Position numbers and translations under genes: made by a program. This document shows positions 12,066-24,420 of a DNA stretch of 64,000 bases, in pieces. The notes beneath the pieces were generated by a model, which did no database searches, was not told the origin of the DNA, and worked only from the letters and a program-made list of their open reading frames with translations. Position 1 is the first letter of the stretch, and each line of letters begins with the position of its first letter. The stretch is from Callorhinchus milii (Eukaryota), in NCBI RefSeq assembly GCF_018977255.1, contig NW_024704743.1, positions 23,686,001 through 23,750,000 on the forward strand, read 5' to 3'.

Positions 12066-13736
12066 AGCTTTTTGTATTGCACGGTTAAATTTAAATCTTA
12101 AGAAAAATGTGCTTTTTTAAAAAAAATATTGTGTGTTACCCTTTTATGGGGAGCACCGTTTCCTTCTTTTCCTCCCCCCACTCCCCCGCACAAACACGGT
12201 CCCCTCTACCCAGGCACCCACACGTTGTGATTGTGATTGCTTTCCCACTGACTTTGCTGCAGTCTACTGATGGCTCCTGTCACTCCTGGTGTGTGCTGCC
12301 TCCCAGAGCAATTTTGCTGTCTGAAATGAAATTAGTTACATTTCATAACATATTAAATCACACGCTACACTTAACGTGTGATAATTAACGGCAAATTCAA
12401 TTATCCACTCCCCCCACCACCCCACCCACTCCCGCCTTCCTTGCCTTGAGATCAACAATTTTCACTGCTTTGCAGCTGGGTGGTGGTGCCACCTTGGGAA
12501 TGTTCGGGAGAGGACTCCTTCAATGTGCCATCCTGACTTAATTCGGTATTGGTACACGATTCTCTTCTGCAGCACGCATAACAAATGACAACCTTCGGGA
12601 TTGGAGCAGCGTTTCAGCCCGAGCATTGCCTCGGGGCCTGTTGCACTGACTTGCACAGATTCTGCACAATCTTAAATTTTAAAACTTAAGGCTTAGACCA
12701 TGAGAAATTTCGAGCCTCTGGCACTCTGTCCAGAATCCTCTTCGTAGATAAAAATTCACTGAGCTTAATGCAAAGATACTAGATACTGCGGTTCAAAGGC
12801 ATCGCTCGAGCTGGTTTGAAGCAGGAGACTAATTTACAACATTACTAAATATTTTTTATGCATTCTCACTTTCCTAGTCAACATCTTCATTGCAGTATTT
12901 AGCTGTGGCATCTACCTTCAGGAAAGCTATTGATTGCTGCACCACTGTCCATCTGGGTGTCTTACATGAGTAAATCATGAATTTATGGCTAAGATGATAT
13001 TGGGTTACGAGCAACTCGGATTGATTTGGGGGGGCATTTATCATTGTGCTATTTATTACTAGACTTTATAAGTTCATTACTGTTGTACTTAAATCAGAAC
13101 TCCCATGTTGAATGACCAAAAATAAGTCGCAGTAAATTAAATACAATGCTGTATGAAACAAAAATTGAATGGTGTAGAATTTCTTTCAACAAAGCCTCAG
13201 CATTGATTGGATTTTTTTNAAAAAAGCTTGCTTTGGAACACTAATGTGTAAGCCCATCCCTTGAACCCCACTCTGCTTAATGTCTGGCACGAGCCATGTG
13301 AGCCAGAGGCTGCAGGGAAAGCAATATCATATGGGGCAGCTCTGTGTATGTAAGCAACGTCGCTGCACAGGCACATTGTAAATATTTCATCTTATGCAAA
13401 TTCAATATGAGCAGTGAGTCAGAAAGAGAGAAGAATGGAGTCATGTAACCTGGAACTGCAATGTAGAAGGGTGAATTTACCAGTGTTATATTTGCATGTC
13501 TTGCTCTATATTTATCCCGCATGAAGGACATTATATAAATGCAAGTTGTTGTTGTTTATCCTCTCAGAGGATGGTTACACTGGTACCATTGCAGAAGTAG
13601 TAATCGAAGAAATTCATTTTAGAAGCTGAAGATCAGGACTATTCAGAGTTTTCTCTGCTATAACTGAGATAATATGTGCTGTGCTTTCCTCAACATCAGA
13701 ATTTATGCAAATGCTAAATGGCTTATGTTTTAGCAA

Positions 13737-14413
13737 GTGTTTTGGGAGCTACGGACAGGAAGATGGTGGCAATGCTCTCGAGCATTTCACGCTGAGTTGT
13801 ATTGCCCACTAGAAAGTTCACAGAGAGTTCCTGATACTATCCACCTAGTGAGAGCTCAAATCCGCGCTTGTCGGATGTCAAATGACCAGGATCTTCTTGG
13901 AGCTGAATTGGCTCCAACGAGACATGTTTGGCAACGGAATATCAGAATCGAACCAGCCCTCTGCGGTGGTCTCGGAAGTCCAGTTCCAGAGCCGGGCAGG
14001 TCTGCAGTAATCCAGGGGACTACTGATTACAGCACAGCCAGCCTGGTTTATTGGCAGGACTTGGAAGGGCAGACCAGTCACTCAGGACAAGGAATCATCC
14101 CACATGTGCTGTTTCTGCACGCCAAAGCCCTAACAGTTAGGGTGTTCATAGCTAGACAAGCAGTGGGAAAGCTTTGTGGTTTTAGCTGTTTGCACTCTAG
14201 CAGTACCCCAACACACAATCTGGGGTCCTCAAGCATTGGCTCTTCTTAATACTTTACAGAATAATATGGAATGCATCCCTCCATGGAGAGAGTGTACATT
14301 CCCTTGTAATAATGTTTCTGGAATTTCCAGGTATAGGTGGGATACTTGGAATTCTCATTTTGATTTGGATACTCTTCAGCATGTTGATAGAAACACGGCT
14401 GACGAAAAAAAAA
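13737..14413 (+). mobile_element. Longest copy of the unclassified A-tailed repeat family
   Basis: Homologous blocks recur at 8.8, 27.7, 34.8, 37.5 and 58.5 kb; ends ggctgacgaaaaaaaaa. Confidence 0.75.
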
Positions 14414-14626
14414 GTGGGTGTTTGTGCACCACACTTTGATAAGATAATTAGGTCTCACTCCCTGCCTAAGTGCAACAAAACCATCATTATCTAACGGCTG
14501 TTGTTGCTGAGTATTGCACACAGGACTGTGTTGATCATTGGAAGCAATAGTGATATGTGACTGAGAATAAGTGAAGGGAGCAATACACTCGTATCCACAG
14601 TACTCCAGGGAATAAGAAATGCAACA

Positions 14627-14847
14627 TGTGGGGAGAAACTCCACCTGGCTCTCGATTTATTTTTATTTTCTTAGCATTTCAGTGCGACCAGAATTTGGAA
14701 AATTGTTCAATTGCTGGCAAGTACTTAAAATAAACTTGCAGAAAACTGGTCTCCAAATGAAGGCTATATTTAAATATTTGCCAGATTCTGCACGCTCTAA
14801 AGCACTAATAAAATAGTAAATCGAGAGCCAGATGTAATTTCCCCATG
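14627..14847. mobile_element. Degenerate palindromic MITE-like element
   Basis: Left arm ca(c)ctggctctcgattta...ttagcatttcagtgcgaccagaatttggaaaat is the imperfect reverse complement of the right arm atttgccagattctgcacgctctaaagcactaa...taaatcgagagccagatg. Confidence 0.65.
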
Positions 14848-14877
14848 GTAGGAAATCCATTCTATCTAGATATTAGT

Positions 14878-15455
14878 TAATTACATCGAGGCTTGACGAT
14901 ACAAACTCCTTGCTTGTCAGCCTGCCCAACTCCTATCTCCATAGGTTGCAAATCATCCAGAACTTTACAGCCCGTGTCCTCTCCCGCACCAGGCTCCGTG
15001 ACCCTATCACCCAGCCCCCTATCCTCGCCAGACTCCACTGGCTTCCCATCACACAGAGGATACAGTTCAAGATCCTGGTCCTCACCTTCAAATGCTTCCA
15101 TGGTCTTGCTCCCTACTATCTCTGCGACCTCTTAATTCCCTACCATCCTGCCCGCTCCTTCCACTCAGCAGACTCCAGCCTGCTTCATGTCTCCCGCCTC
15201 GCCCGCCCCACCATCAGCGGGCGGGCCTTCTGACACTCTGCTCCCACCCTCTGGAACTCCATCCCGGAATCCCTCAGCTTCAACCCCTTCCTTGCCTCCT
15301 TCAAGATCCATCTCAAGATCCTCCTCTTCGACCATGTTTTCGATCTCCTGCTTCCTCAAACCTGCCCCTAGCTCAGTTCCCAAACTCTGACTGTCCAGTA
15401 CCTTGGGATATCCTCCCAACATGAATGGCGCTATACAAATGTAATTTTGTTGATG
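14878..15455 (+). mobile_element. 5'-truncated L2 LINE
   Basis: LHRLQIIQNFTARVLSRTRLRDPIT...LHWLPITQRIQFKILVLTFK...SGRAF; L2 tail. Confidence 0.93.
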
Positions 15456-15479
15456 ATGTAATCATAAACAAGAGTTTTT

Positions 15480-15630
15480 TTTCATAGAATGTTACGGCAC
15501 AGAAGGAGGCCATTCGGCCCATTCAGTCTGTGCCAGCTCTTTGACAGAGCAAGTCACTTTCACTAACCCCAATCACCAGCTTTCTCCCCATAACCCTGCA
15601 AACCCATCTTCCCCAGATACCTATTCAGTT
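15480..15630 (-). mobile_element. CR1 3' end
   Basis: catagaatgttacggcacagaaggaggccattcggcccat is the reverse complement of a CR1 3' terminus. Confidence 0.8.
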
Positions 15631-16169
15631 GTAGGGTGACAAAGCACAGGTATCACCACGTGTATTGCCCTGTGCTGAAACCGTGTGTTGGGGTAAGTGC
15701 TCAGCAAACTATTTTGTTTGTTTGCAAACACAAATGTACTGATACAAGAAACATCAAAGTGCAAACTCCTGTCATTTGCACGTCACCCCACTGTGGTGAA
15801 AATAACAGACGGCTCATTTCCCTTCACCCAAAGGTTGCCAAACATTTTTCATTAGGATGGTACTTCTTCCAAAATATCACGCCTTCTATTACACTGCCAG
15901 AAGCAAAGAAATATCATTAGTGCATACGTAAAGCAATTCGTATGGATAGCAAAGCTTATATTTTTCTTTCCTAATCAGATTTGCTGGGGCCAAGGCAGAC
16001 TCTGGCCATCTTCTGAACTCCACAATGTTTTGGAGTTAGATTTGTAACATTATTAAAATGTCAGTTGAGTGACCAGTTCTCTTAGCCACATTAAAATATG
16101 GTTCTTTGAAAGCTTTTGTGAATTTAGCAGCAAAGTGCATTATAAACCCAGCATTAGAACGTTGTTAAA

Positions 16170-16645
16170 ATAGGAACATTAAAAAGCTTGAAGTGAGGAA
16201 AGGACATTGCACCCATTAAATCCCATTGAAGCATAGACATTTACAGCATAGAAGTAGGCTATTTGTCCTGTTGTATCTTTGACAGGTCTTTGAAGACACT
16301 TACCTGGCTTTTCTCCTGTAAGCCTGCAAATAACTCCTTTTTAGATATCTATCTAGTTCCTTCTGAAAGCTAATATAGATTCTGCCCTGCACTTGGAAGA
16401 GCATTTAACATCCTAATAATTTTCAGTGTAAAAAAAAGTGCTCTTATTCTCCCCTTTGCTGTTTATCTTAAATTGATGCCCTCTAGTCATTGACTCATCA
16501 AGAGTGAAAATAATTTTCCTTATAGATTCTATGAACACCCTCAGAATTTTAAAGACCTCCATTAAGTCCTCTTTCAATCTTTTCTGTTCCAATTGAAATA
16601 GACTCCATCCAACCAGTCTAACTCATAAGTCAAATTACTCATCCC
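16170..16645 (-). mobile_element. Old CR1 3' fragment(s)
   Basis: CR1-type terminus and RT C-terminal blocks (tgccctctagtc, ttttaaagacctccattaagtcctct). Confidence 0.65.
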
Positions 16646-16985
16646 AGAGCACTCGCCTCGCAAATGAGAGGCCCCAGGGTTGATTCCCGGGTAGGGCGAA
16701 AATTTAGGTAAGTTTTGTTACTCCACGCACCTCTGTTTACCGAGCATTAAGTCGGAACCCGGTTGTTTGTCGATTGGCTGATCGCTTTCCCGGGGAGTAA
16801 TTATCCCTAAAATAAAATGTGGTTACTCAATTCCCGACTGTTTGTGGGACACTGTTTTGTGCAATTGGTTGCTGTGTTTCGCCCAGAAGATATACAGTCA
16901 ATTCACTTTACAGTATATCCTGTGAAGCGCTTTGAGACATCTCAACAACGTGATAAGAAGCTGCATCAAATGTAAGGATTATTAT
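16646..16985 (+). mobile_element. tRNA-derived SINE, long subfamily, head slightly truncated
   Basis: agagcactcgcctcgcaa..., B box, insert and L2-like tail. Confidence 0.85.
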
Positions 16986-17419
16986 GTTATAGCCCCTGGG
17001 GTGGCTATTGTTTAGATTCTCACTGAAAGATAAGCACGCACAAACCCCAGACAATTCATCCCTCCCTCCACTACTTCATTGTTTTACGCTTTCCTCTCTC
17101 CATGGACAATGCTACCACCTCTGTGGCCAGTCATAAATATTTATCTCATCTTTTGCCTATCACAAAAGCATCACTGTCAATAATTATTACATCAAAAGCC
17201 TCAGTTTCTCACCCTACTATTCTAGTCATAGTCTCAGTAATCTGCACAAGGTTAGCATAATTTCTAATCAAATTCCAGCTACAGCCTAGTATTGGATTCA
17301 TTTTGTTGACAGTAGTTTTGCGCTGTCTCCAAACCTTCAGTGAATGATCAGTAATCACACCCGTATCTTCTTTCCTTCCTCACCTCTGCTAATGGATTTC
17401 CTTTGATTTTATGCACGTT

Positions 17420-17600
17420 TTCTGATCTAATATACATTACCTTGCATTTATCTACCTCAAAACCCCTCTTCGATTCTTTGGTCCATCCATCAAGTTGGTC
17501 AAAAAATTTCCATATTATTTACGTGCCCACATAGCTGGTTAACATCAGTGAATTTTCAAATATTACAAGAAGGCCTTTCCTTTAAATCCTTTAAAAATGT
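17420..17600 (-). mobile_element. CR1 RT fragment
   Basis: Minus strand gives VDKCKVM and a degenerate KFADD-like segment. Confidence 0.5.
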
Positions 17601-19944
17601 CATGGGCTGGCTGTGATATTCATTACCCAATGTGTATAGCAACCCTTCCCCCATCCAGGGTGTGGAAGTGCTTTAGGTTGGAGAAGCAAAATGGTTATTT
17701 TCCATAACCTCTTATTCAATAAACATAGAGGATTACGTGGAAAGAAGTTACCTTACAAGGGTTTTAACAGTGTACATTCGGTAAGCTTGTTAGAAGCTCA
17801 CCAAACATTGTTGATCGTTTTTTTTCAAATTGTGATAGCATTATCTGGAAATTGTTTTCCGTTGCACTCCCCTGAGCACACATAGATAGTACTGCACATG
17901 TCAGAAGATCCCAGTGCCTGTTCTTTCCTAATTTCTATCCAATTCTGTTAAAAAACCCACGCTTTGTCCATCATCTTGTGTTTTTATTTATTTGTTAGTA
18001 AAATGTACGGATATCATTGTGATGCAGGAATTTTCCTACTGCCTCCTCCAGCAGCAACACTGCATTTTAATCCTATTGCCACAGGTAAAGAGAAGGCTGT
18101 TGATGAATGGTTTTGAAATACCAGAGTTTGTAGAGATGCCTGTCAGTGGAATAAATTGGACATCAGAAAGTGCTAGAAATATGCAGTAGGTAAATCAAGT
18201 TAGAAAACGAAGGACTGATTTGGTGCCCTGAGGGCTGGGAATTCTGTGCTCTGGGGATTGGGAATTTAGTGATCTGTGTGATTGATTGGGAATTTCATGG
18301 CCCTTTTAGTATCATAACCCTGTCCGAGAAGAAGGTGGGGCTGTGGAGTTCTGTCATTCACCATATTCAGTAACTTTTTCATTGAGACGCTGTTCTCTTT
18401 AGGCCTTGGTCAAAGGTTTCCTGTAACCAGCCCATCAGAGATAGATCAGAATGATCTTGTGACTTTTCCTCTGAATTTTCCCTGTCTCTGTGAGAAAGCA
18501 TACAGCCTTATCTCACCACATCATCTCTACAGTGGGGTTGAAGTGCCTTATCTTTTGACAAAGTTCGACCATCTCAGGCTGAACACTGAACTGAGCAGCA
18601 AAAAGCTGAACCCACTGAGAAAAAGTTCAGATCCTTATTGGGATCTGAGTGTTTTGGTTTGTCGAAATGCCCAGATTTTATCTAGTTCTTAATGTGTTGG
18701 AAATCAGAATACGTGTGTTTTTTAAAAAAGAATTGAGTCGGATTATACAGTTAGTATTTGTAGAGATTTGTAGAGATTATCCTTGAAAAATTGCTTGGAA
18801 AAAGCTCCATTAAAACCCATTATCATTTAAGTCAGAATGTGTTTAAGTAACCGTGGATGGTCTTTGGGGATCGAGGCTGACAGGGTTGATTTGACGGATG
18901 AAAGACATGAGTGACTTGGAAAAGTCAGTCAGATGGAAGTAATTTTCAGAGATTCACAAACAAATTTGTAAAGAGTAAATGCTGGATAGGTCCCAGGCAT
19001 GACCCTGTGAGCTCTGGTGAAACACTGATCTCAGCTCTGTAAAGGTAGCACCCAAATTGGGTTCCAGAAAGTCGGTCACTACACATCTGGTATTCCCTAT
19101 TTACAAATCCCTTTGCAAATGACACCATAGAGAGGAGACACCGAAATGCACAATGAGAACATTCAATGGCACTTTGTCTTGTCCACAATGGATACCTCTT
19201 TGACAGTACTTATGGTCACCTCCTCCCTCCTCCTGGCTCGGCATCAGGCTCCGCCACTATTAAGCACTCCGAGATGCTGTCGCGTGTGAAAGGTGCTATA
19301 TAAATGCAAGCTGTTGTTCTGGCATTGAGTACTTCCTTGTGCAATTTCTGATATTGTGCAAGTTCTGGATTCCAGTTGTGCTGTTAGGAGAAGGTGACGC
19401 TGCACTTGACAGGAGAGTCACTACACAGCACTGTCAGTCAGCTTTTGGCTGGAGCACACCGTTTATTCAGTCTTCACAGCACTGAGTCAGAAGCAGGTAT
19501 AGAGAGGAATACTGGATTTGCTGGCAGAATGCCATGTCTGTGGTGAGACGCCTGCCACTCCTGGTTTTGCAGTAATTTTGTTTCATAATAAATGAAACAA
19601 TATTGTAATGGAGCCATTGAAAGTTATTGCAAGGCAGAAATTTACTTGAGAGTCTAGATAGGGTTATTTATGTGCAAAATAATGGATGCCTGGGACTGAC
19701 TACAAGGCAGGAATCTAGTTGAAGGCATTAGATGAACTCATAAAACACAAAAGAAAAAATGGAGTGATTCATAGTCTTCATGTGTGCACTGAGATGAGAT
19801 CCTACTTTCTAAACACTCCTCTATGATCACTATTTTTAAATCAAGATTTTAATAGCTTCATGGAAACATTTTTTAAAAAATCCTTGCATTTGATTCAGTG
19901 CCTTATCACATCATTGAGACATCTCAAAGCACTTTACAGAATAG

Positions 19945-20212
19945 TAATAATAATAATTGCATTTGATATAGCGCTTTTCACGTCAGGAGGACGTCCCAAA
20001 GCGTTTCACAGAATATACTGTAAAGTGAATTGACTATATTTTGTAGGCGAAACGCGGCAGCCAATTACGCACAGCAGACGATCGGGTTCTTACTGCTAGT
20101 TAAACAGAGGCACGTAGAATAAGGAAACTAAGGTTTCGCTCTGCCCTGGAATCAAACCCAGGTCCTCTCGCTTGCGATGCGAGTGCTCTAACCAATACTC
20201 TACAGGAATCCC
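19945..20212 (-). mobile_element. tRNA-derived SINE with an internal deletion
   Basis: Full head and tail in reverse orientation; an extra tail fragment lies at about 19875-19942. Confidence 0.88.
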
Positions 20213-20270
20213 CATACAAAATGTGAGGGGTGGGGCAGTGGGGTTAGGAGGGGTAGGATGCACCCAAAGA

Positions 20271-20510
20271 ACGAAACTTTGGGCAAGTTTCCTTACTCCA
20301 CACGCCTAATAATAATCCCTCCAAAACAATGATAAATTGATCATTTTCAATCCACGACTTTTTGTGGGACACTGCTGTGCGCAATTGGCTGCTGCATTTC
20401 GCCCACAAATATACAGTCAATTCACTTTACAGTCTATTCTGTGAAGCGCTTTGAGACGTCGAAGACATGAAAAGCGCTATATCAAATGCAAGGATTATTA
20501 TTATTATTAT
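20271..20510 (+). mobile_element. Headless tRNA-derived SINE, short subfamily
   Basis: cgaaactttgggcaagtttccttactccac...aaaagcgctatatcaaatgcaaggattattatt. Confidence 0.9.
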
Positions 20511-20949
20511 AAAGCGCTTCCCAGGGCAGTATGCAGTGTTCCACTTGGTTGTTGTGTTCCCTTACTGAATTACCATCATTCACGCACGGTTTATGAAGTG
20601 TTGATCAGCACTTGATTGTGGAGGATTCAGACTGTCAGCACATCGGTGGTCGTCAAGGGGCCTCAGAGTGTCATAGCTGTGTGGAGAATAATTACATTTT
20701 CATCCTGCCCCTCCTCGCCCCACTTGCTCTACCCGCTACAGTAAGATCTTACAGCAGCTACAACAAATCTTTGGATACCTTTCCCACAGATAAATTGGAT
20801 TTATTCTAGATTTCAGTAAAGCCCCACTCGATCATCCACTATAAATCTAGGTTTATCTCAAGTGAGACTCATCACTACAGAGGTAAACATAGGATGAAAC
20901 TATTCACTCTCAGTTCCAGAGCAGACTGGACTCACTTGCTGAAACTCCC

Positions 20950-21460
20950 TCAGTAAGTGGACAGTATTGTGTAGTTCTGAATCATACAGACCAGGTTCAA
21001 TCCCTGGTTTGTGTAGAGTTGTCTGAATTTAAGCTAGGAAACCAGAGGACTGCTACAATTGGCTTCAGTGTTCTTGAGCTACAGAAACTTCAAAACTAAT
21101 CATCAAAGATTTCCTTTCGTTTCTGACCACTATCCACTAACCCCTGCGGGAAAGTGCCTACATGTGGCCATCGTGTGAGGACATTAGGTCAAACTCGGTC
21201 TTGATGCACAAGTAAAAAAAAATTATAGTTTGATCACTGTTTGTGGGATACTGCTGTGCGCAATTAGCTGCCTCAATTTGCCCACAAAATATGCAGTTAA
21301 TTCACTTTACAGTATATTCTGTTAAGCGCTTTGAAATATTTAAACAGCCTGGTAAGGCACTATATCAAATGCAAGTATTATTATTATAATCTATTGAGTC
21401 ACTGTCTATCCAGTGGCTCACGTAATAGCCACTAGAGTGAGAATACCAGAAAGTACGACT
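20950..21460 (+). mobile_element. LF-SINE-like copy interrupted by a SINE 3' half (about 21225-21390)
   Basis: ccaggttcaatccctggtttgtg...ctacaattggcttcag...ctatccactaacccctgcgggaaagtg...gtgaggaca; homology resumes after the SINE at tcactgtcta. Confidence 0.65.
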
Positions 21461-21489
21461 ACTAAATAATGCATATGTGGAGTATATTT

Positions 21490-21690
21490 TTGCTTCCTCT
21501 ATGCAGAATCTTGCATTTATCTGTATTGAACTTTATTTTCCAGTCATCAGCCAATGTGCATACACTATCAAGCGAAACACCCTCCTTAATCCCTCCCATC
21601 CCATTTTGACCAAGGTCACCTAACAATTATCCTCATCTTCCTTTTCTTTCAGCCAATTTTGAATCGTGTTCACATCCTGATGCCCAATGC
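21490..21690 (-). mobile_element. CR1 RT fragments
   Basis: Minus strand reads ADDWKIKFNTDKCKILH and IQNWLKE, matching CR1 RT motifs. Confidence 0.65.
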
Positions 21691-21720
21691 ATCATTTGTG
21701 ATGTGACGTGTCTTTCATGT

Positions 21721-21942
21721 GGTATATAATAGTGAGATTGAGGGTATATACTAGTGAGAGTGAGGTAGAGGGTATATAATAGTGAGGTTGAGGGTATATA
21801 ATAGTGAGGTTGAGGGTGTATAATAGTGAGGTAGATGGTATATAATAGTGAGGCAGAGTGTATATAACAGTGCGGTTGAGGGTATATAATAGTGAGGTTG
21901 AGGGTATATAATAGTGAGGTAGAGGGTATATAATAGTGAGAT
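21721..21942. repeat. 22-bp minisatellite, about 10 units
   Basis: Unit GGTATATAATAGTGAGGT(T/A)GAG repeated head to tail with few substitutions. Confidence 0.95.
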
Positions 21943-24029
21943 GGAACTCCATCCCACAGACCATTCACCTCACTCCCTGGTTTTCTTGGTAACTTGGTAG
22001 AATTCTCTGATTTCAATAAACTTTTGACCCTAAAAGTGGGATTTTAACCACACAGATCAGAAAACCAATTAAGTAAAGTAGTCTCCTGTAATTTGTTTAA
22101 GCTGGTTATCTGCCTGGTTGGCAGCAGAAATGCGGAGCCAAAGGGAAAGGAATTGAAAGATGGAGACTGCTTGGCCTCAGGGAGCATCTCGGTGAGGAAG
22201 CTGGTAGTGTCAATCAACATCAGTCATGATGAGAAACAAGCTTACAGCTTTCGATACACATTCCTAAATAATGGCTTTTTAAACACTCACCAACTTCACT
22301 TCAATGTCCCATCATTGGATGGCACACGTGCAAAAATTGTTCCAGGAATGCACATATGATTTTCAGTTTTCTGCTGGTTGTGGGGGCGGGGGGGGGGACG
22401 AGGAAGGGAAAAGGGTTGTCCTGTTGTGATAAATAGGAAAAATGCTCTTTGTAACGCGAAATAGATGAAGTTTCGTCTTTCAAATGGAAGGAATCCGGAG
22501 TATTTTCATTATTAGGCTCCGCACATACGTTGTTGCTTAATGGGCTATTATGCTCATACCATGGATGAGCGAAGCAGTATGTTAGGAAAAGCTTTACTTT
22601 AGAATTGACTTAATAAGGTTATCAATCACAGAACAAAAGATGAACTACTTTCTCTTATGGGGCGTAGATGCTTTTTATCCATTTATCTGGAATAAGAAAG
22701 AAATTACAAGAGTCACCTTGTGAGTGATGTATGTTAAACGTTCAATTATGGATGCTCAGTGATTTTTTTTAAACCTCATCAAATGACAGAAAACTAACGC
22801 TTTGCAGAGTACATCAGCTCCAGTTAGTGGGTTCATTTTTGTCACTAAATAACAGTGACTGTAAAACGAAATAACTACTGAATTAATACTATGTATTTTT
22901 TTTCTGCAATCATTTTTTTACCATCTGAAGAATTCTGGCTCTCGCGCCAGTCCAGAAGCGACGAGATTGTTTGCATCAGTGTTTAAGCATTAGCTGTAGA
23001 ACATGAGGCTGGCATTAAGCATGCGTGTTTTTGCAGATAACTTACACCTACATTTGCTGCGATGTTTGTGAAAGGAAAAACACTCTCTTGTTAAACTGGT
23101 AAATAAAATGTTACAATGTAAACTGTACGATGTTCTGAGACATTAGCCTATGTGAAAGGCGCTATTATAAACGCACGTTATTGTTGTGATAAACCATACT
23201 GATTCTATAAAACATTTGCAACAACAATTTTTACTTCTACTGCACCTTTCACATTGGAAGAAAATCTCATAATACCTGAAGAAGACTGAGTAGGAGCAGG
23301 TGCTGGGAGGGGGCTAACAAAGGAATCAACTATTTGCAAAACAACCAAATTAAAAGTTCTTTTTTAATCTTTGAAATGAAAATGTCTTAAAAAGCAGTTT
23401 GGTCATCCAAGTGTGGAGGGAATCCTAGCCAATTTGGTTCAGAGCAAAATGGCCTTGATGGCATTCGTGATGCAAGTTACTTTTAACACATCAAGGACTA
23501 ACGTGTACTGATCACTCTCACCAAAAACTTTTCATTGCTTGTTTTTAATGAGAAAATGCTTTTAGACATGTCACAAATGATTTCTGGTGTATCCAATGAG
23601 GCGTGTTAGCCTTTGGAGCTATGCATTCCCTTCCCCACCTAATTTACTACAACAACAAAAACAACTTGCATTTATATAGCGACCTTCATGTGGTCTCGGG
23701 TCCCAGAGCACTTGTGTTACTACAGTGTTTTGTTGATGAAATCTCTGCATCCAAAGGAAAGCAAAGCTGGTGATGCTGTATGGAACACCTTTCCAAGTTA
23801 AAATGTGTTGTTGCTAATACTAGAGAACTTACAAAGAGTAAAACGTAAAACCCTTAAGTGTGTACTTTAAGTGTGAGATTGGAAAGTCATTGCAATGCGA
23901 CCTGCTTGTTCAATATCTGCTATCTTTTTAAAACCCTTTTCTAATTGGTGCTGTTAAAACGGAGCTTTGCAAAGCAAAAATCAAATATTTATCTATAGCT
24001 ACTTGTTTCCTTTGTGTTAAAATATTAAT

Positions 24030-24420
24030 AGATAAGCAGCACTAAAATTAGGCATGTCTTTTTACTGACTTTCAACTCTCGTTTAAGATTTTCATTCAGG
24101 CTCTGACCAAGTCTGATTTCCTCCATCTTTGTCACATTGTCCACAAAATTAGCTCCTCTGCCCTTACTACATACCCACCAAGTTGAAAACCTTTTCCACA
24201 AATTTGTCATCTCCACACTTGATTTCTTCAATGTTCTGCTTGTTGGCCTATTCAGCTTCAATCTCCCCAACTCCAGATAGATCACGGAGACCTCCGCAGC
24301 TCGCATTTTCTCCTGCACTAAACTGTTGTTAAGGAGCTTCTGTTGCATTCTGTTAAAATACTCATCGTATTTAACCTTTCTAAAATGATTGTGTTGAATG
24401 TTTTGGTCATTTACATTGGT
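24030..24420 (-). mobile_element. Very degenerate CR1-like ORF2 linker (EN-RT) relic
   Basis: HFRKVKY (compare NFRKANF) and LKRELKVSKK (compare KREIRxAK) in the minus ORF; weak similarity only. Confidence 0.35.

Noticed and set aside
13737..14249. 170-aa plus-strand ORF as a protein-coding gene
   Set aside because: It lies within a dispersed repeat whose other copies do not preserve the frame. A weak RTE-like reading (CRMSND) was considered less convincing than the minus-strand RT motifs.
19382..19600. Possible reverse-orientation solo LTR (TGTTA start, TTTATT)
   Set aside because: No matching TSD or clear second terminus found.
21633..22016. Repetitive ORFs and a CRISPR-like periodic pattern
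   Set aside because: Head-to-tail 22-bp minisatellite with no unique spacers, in a eukaryotic context.
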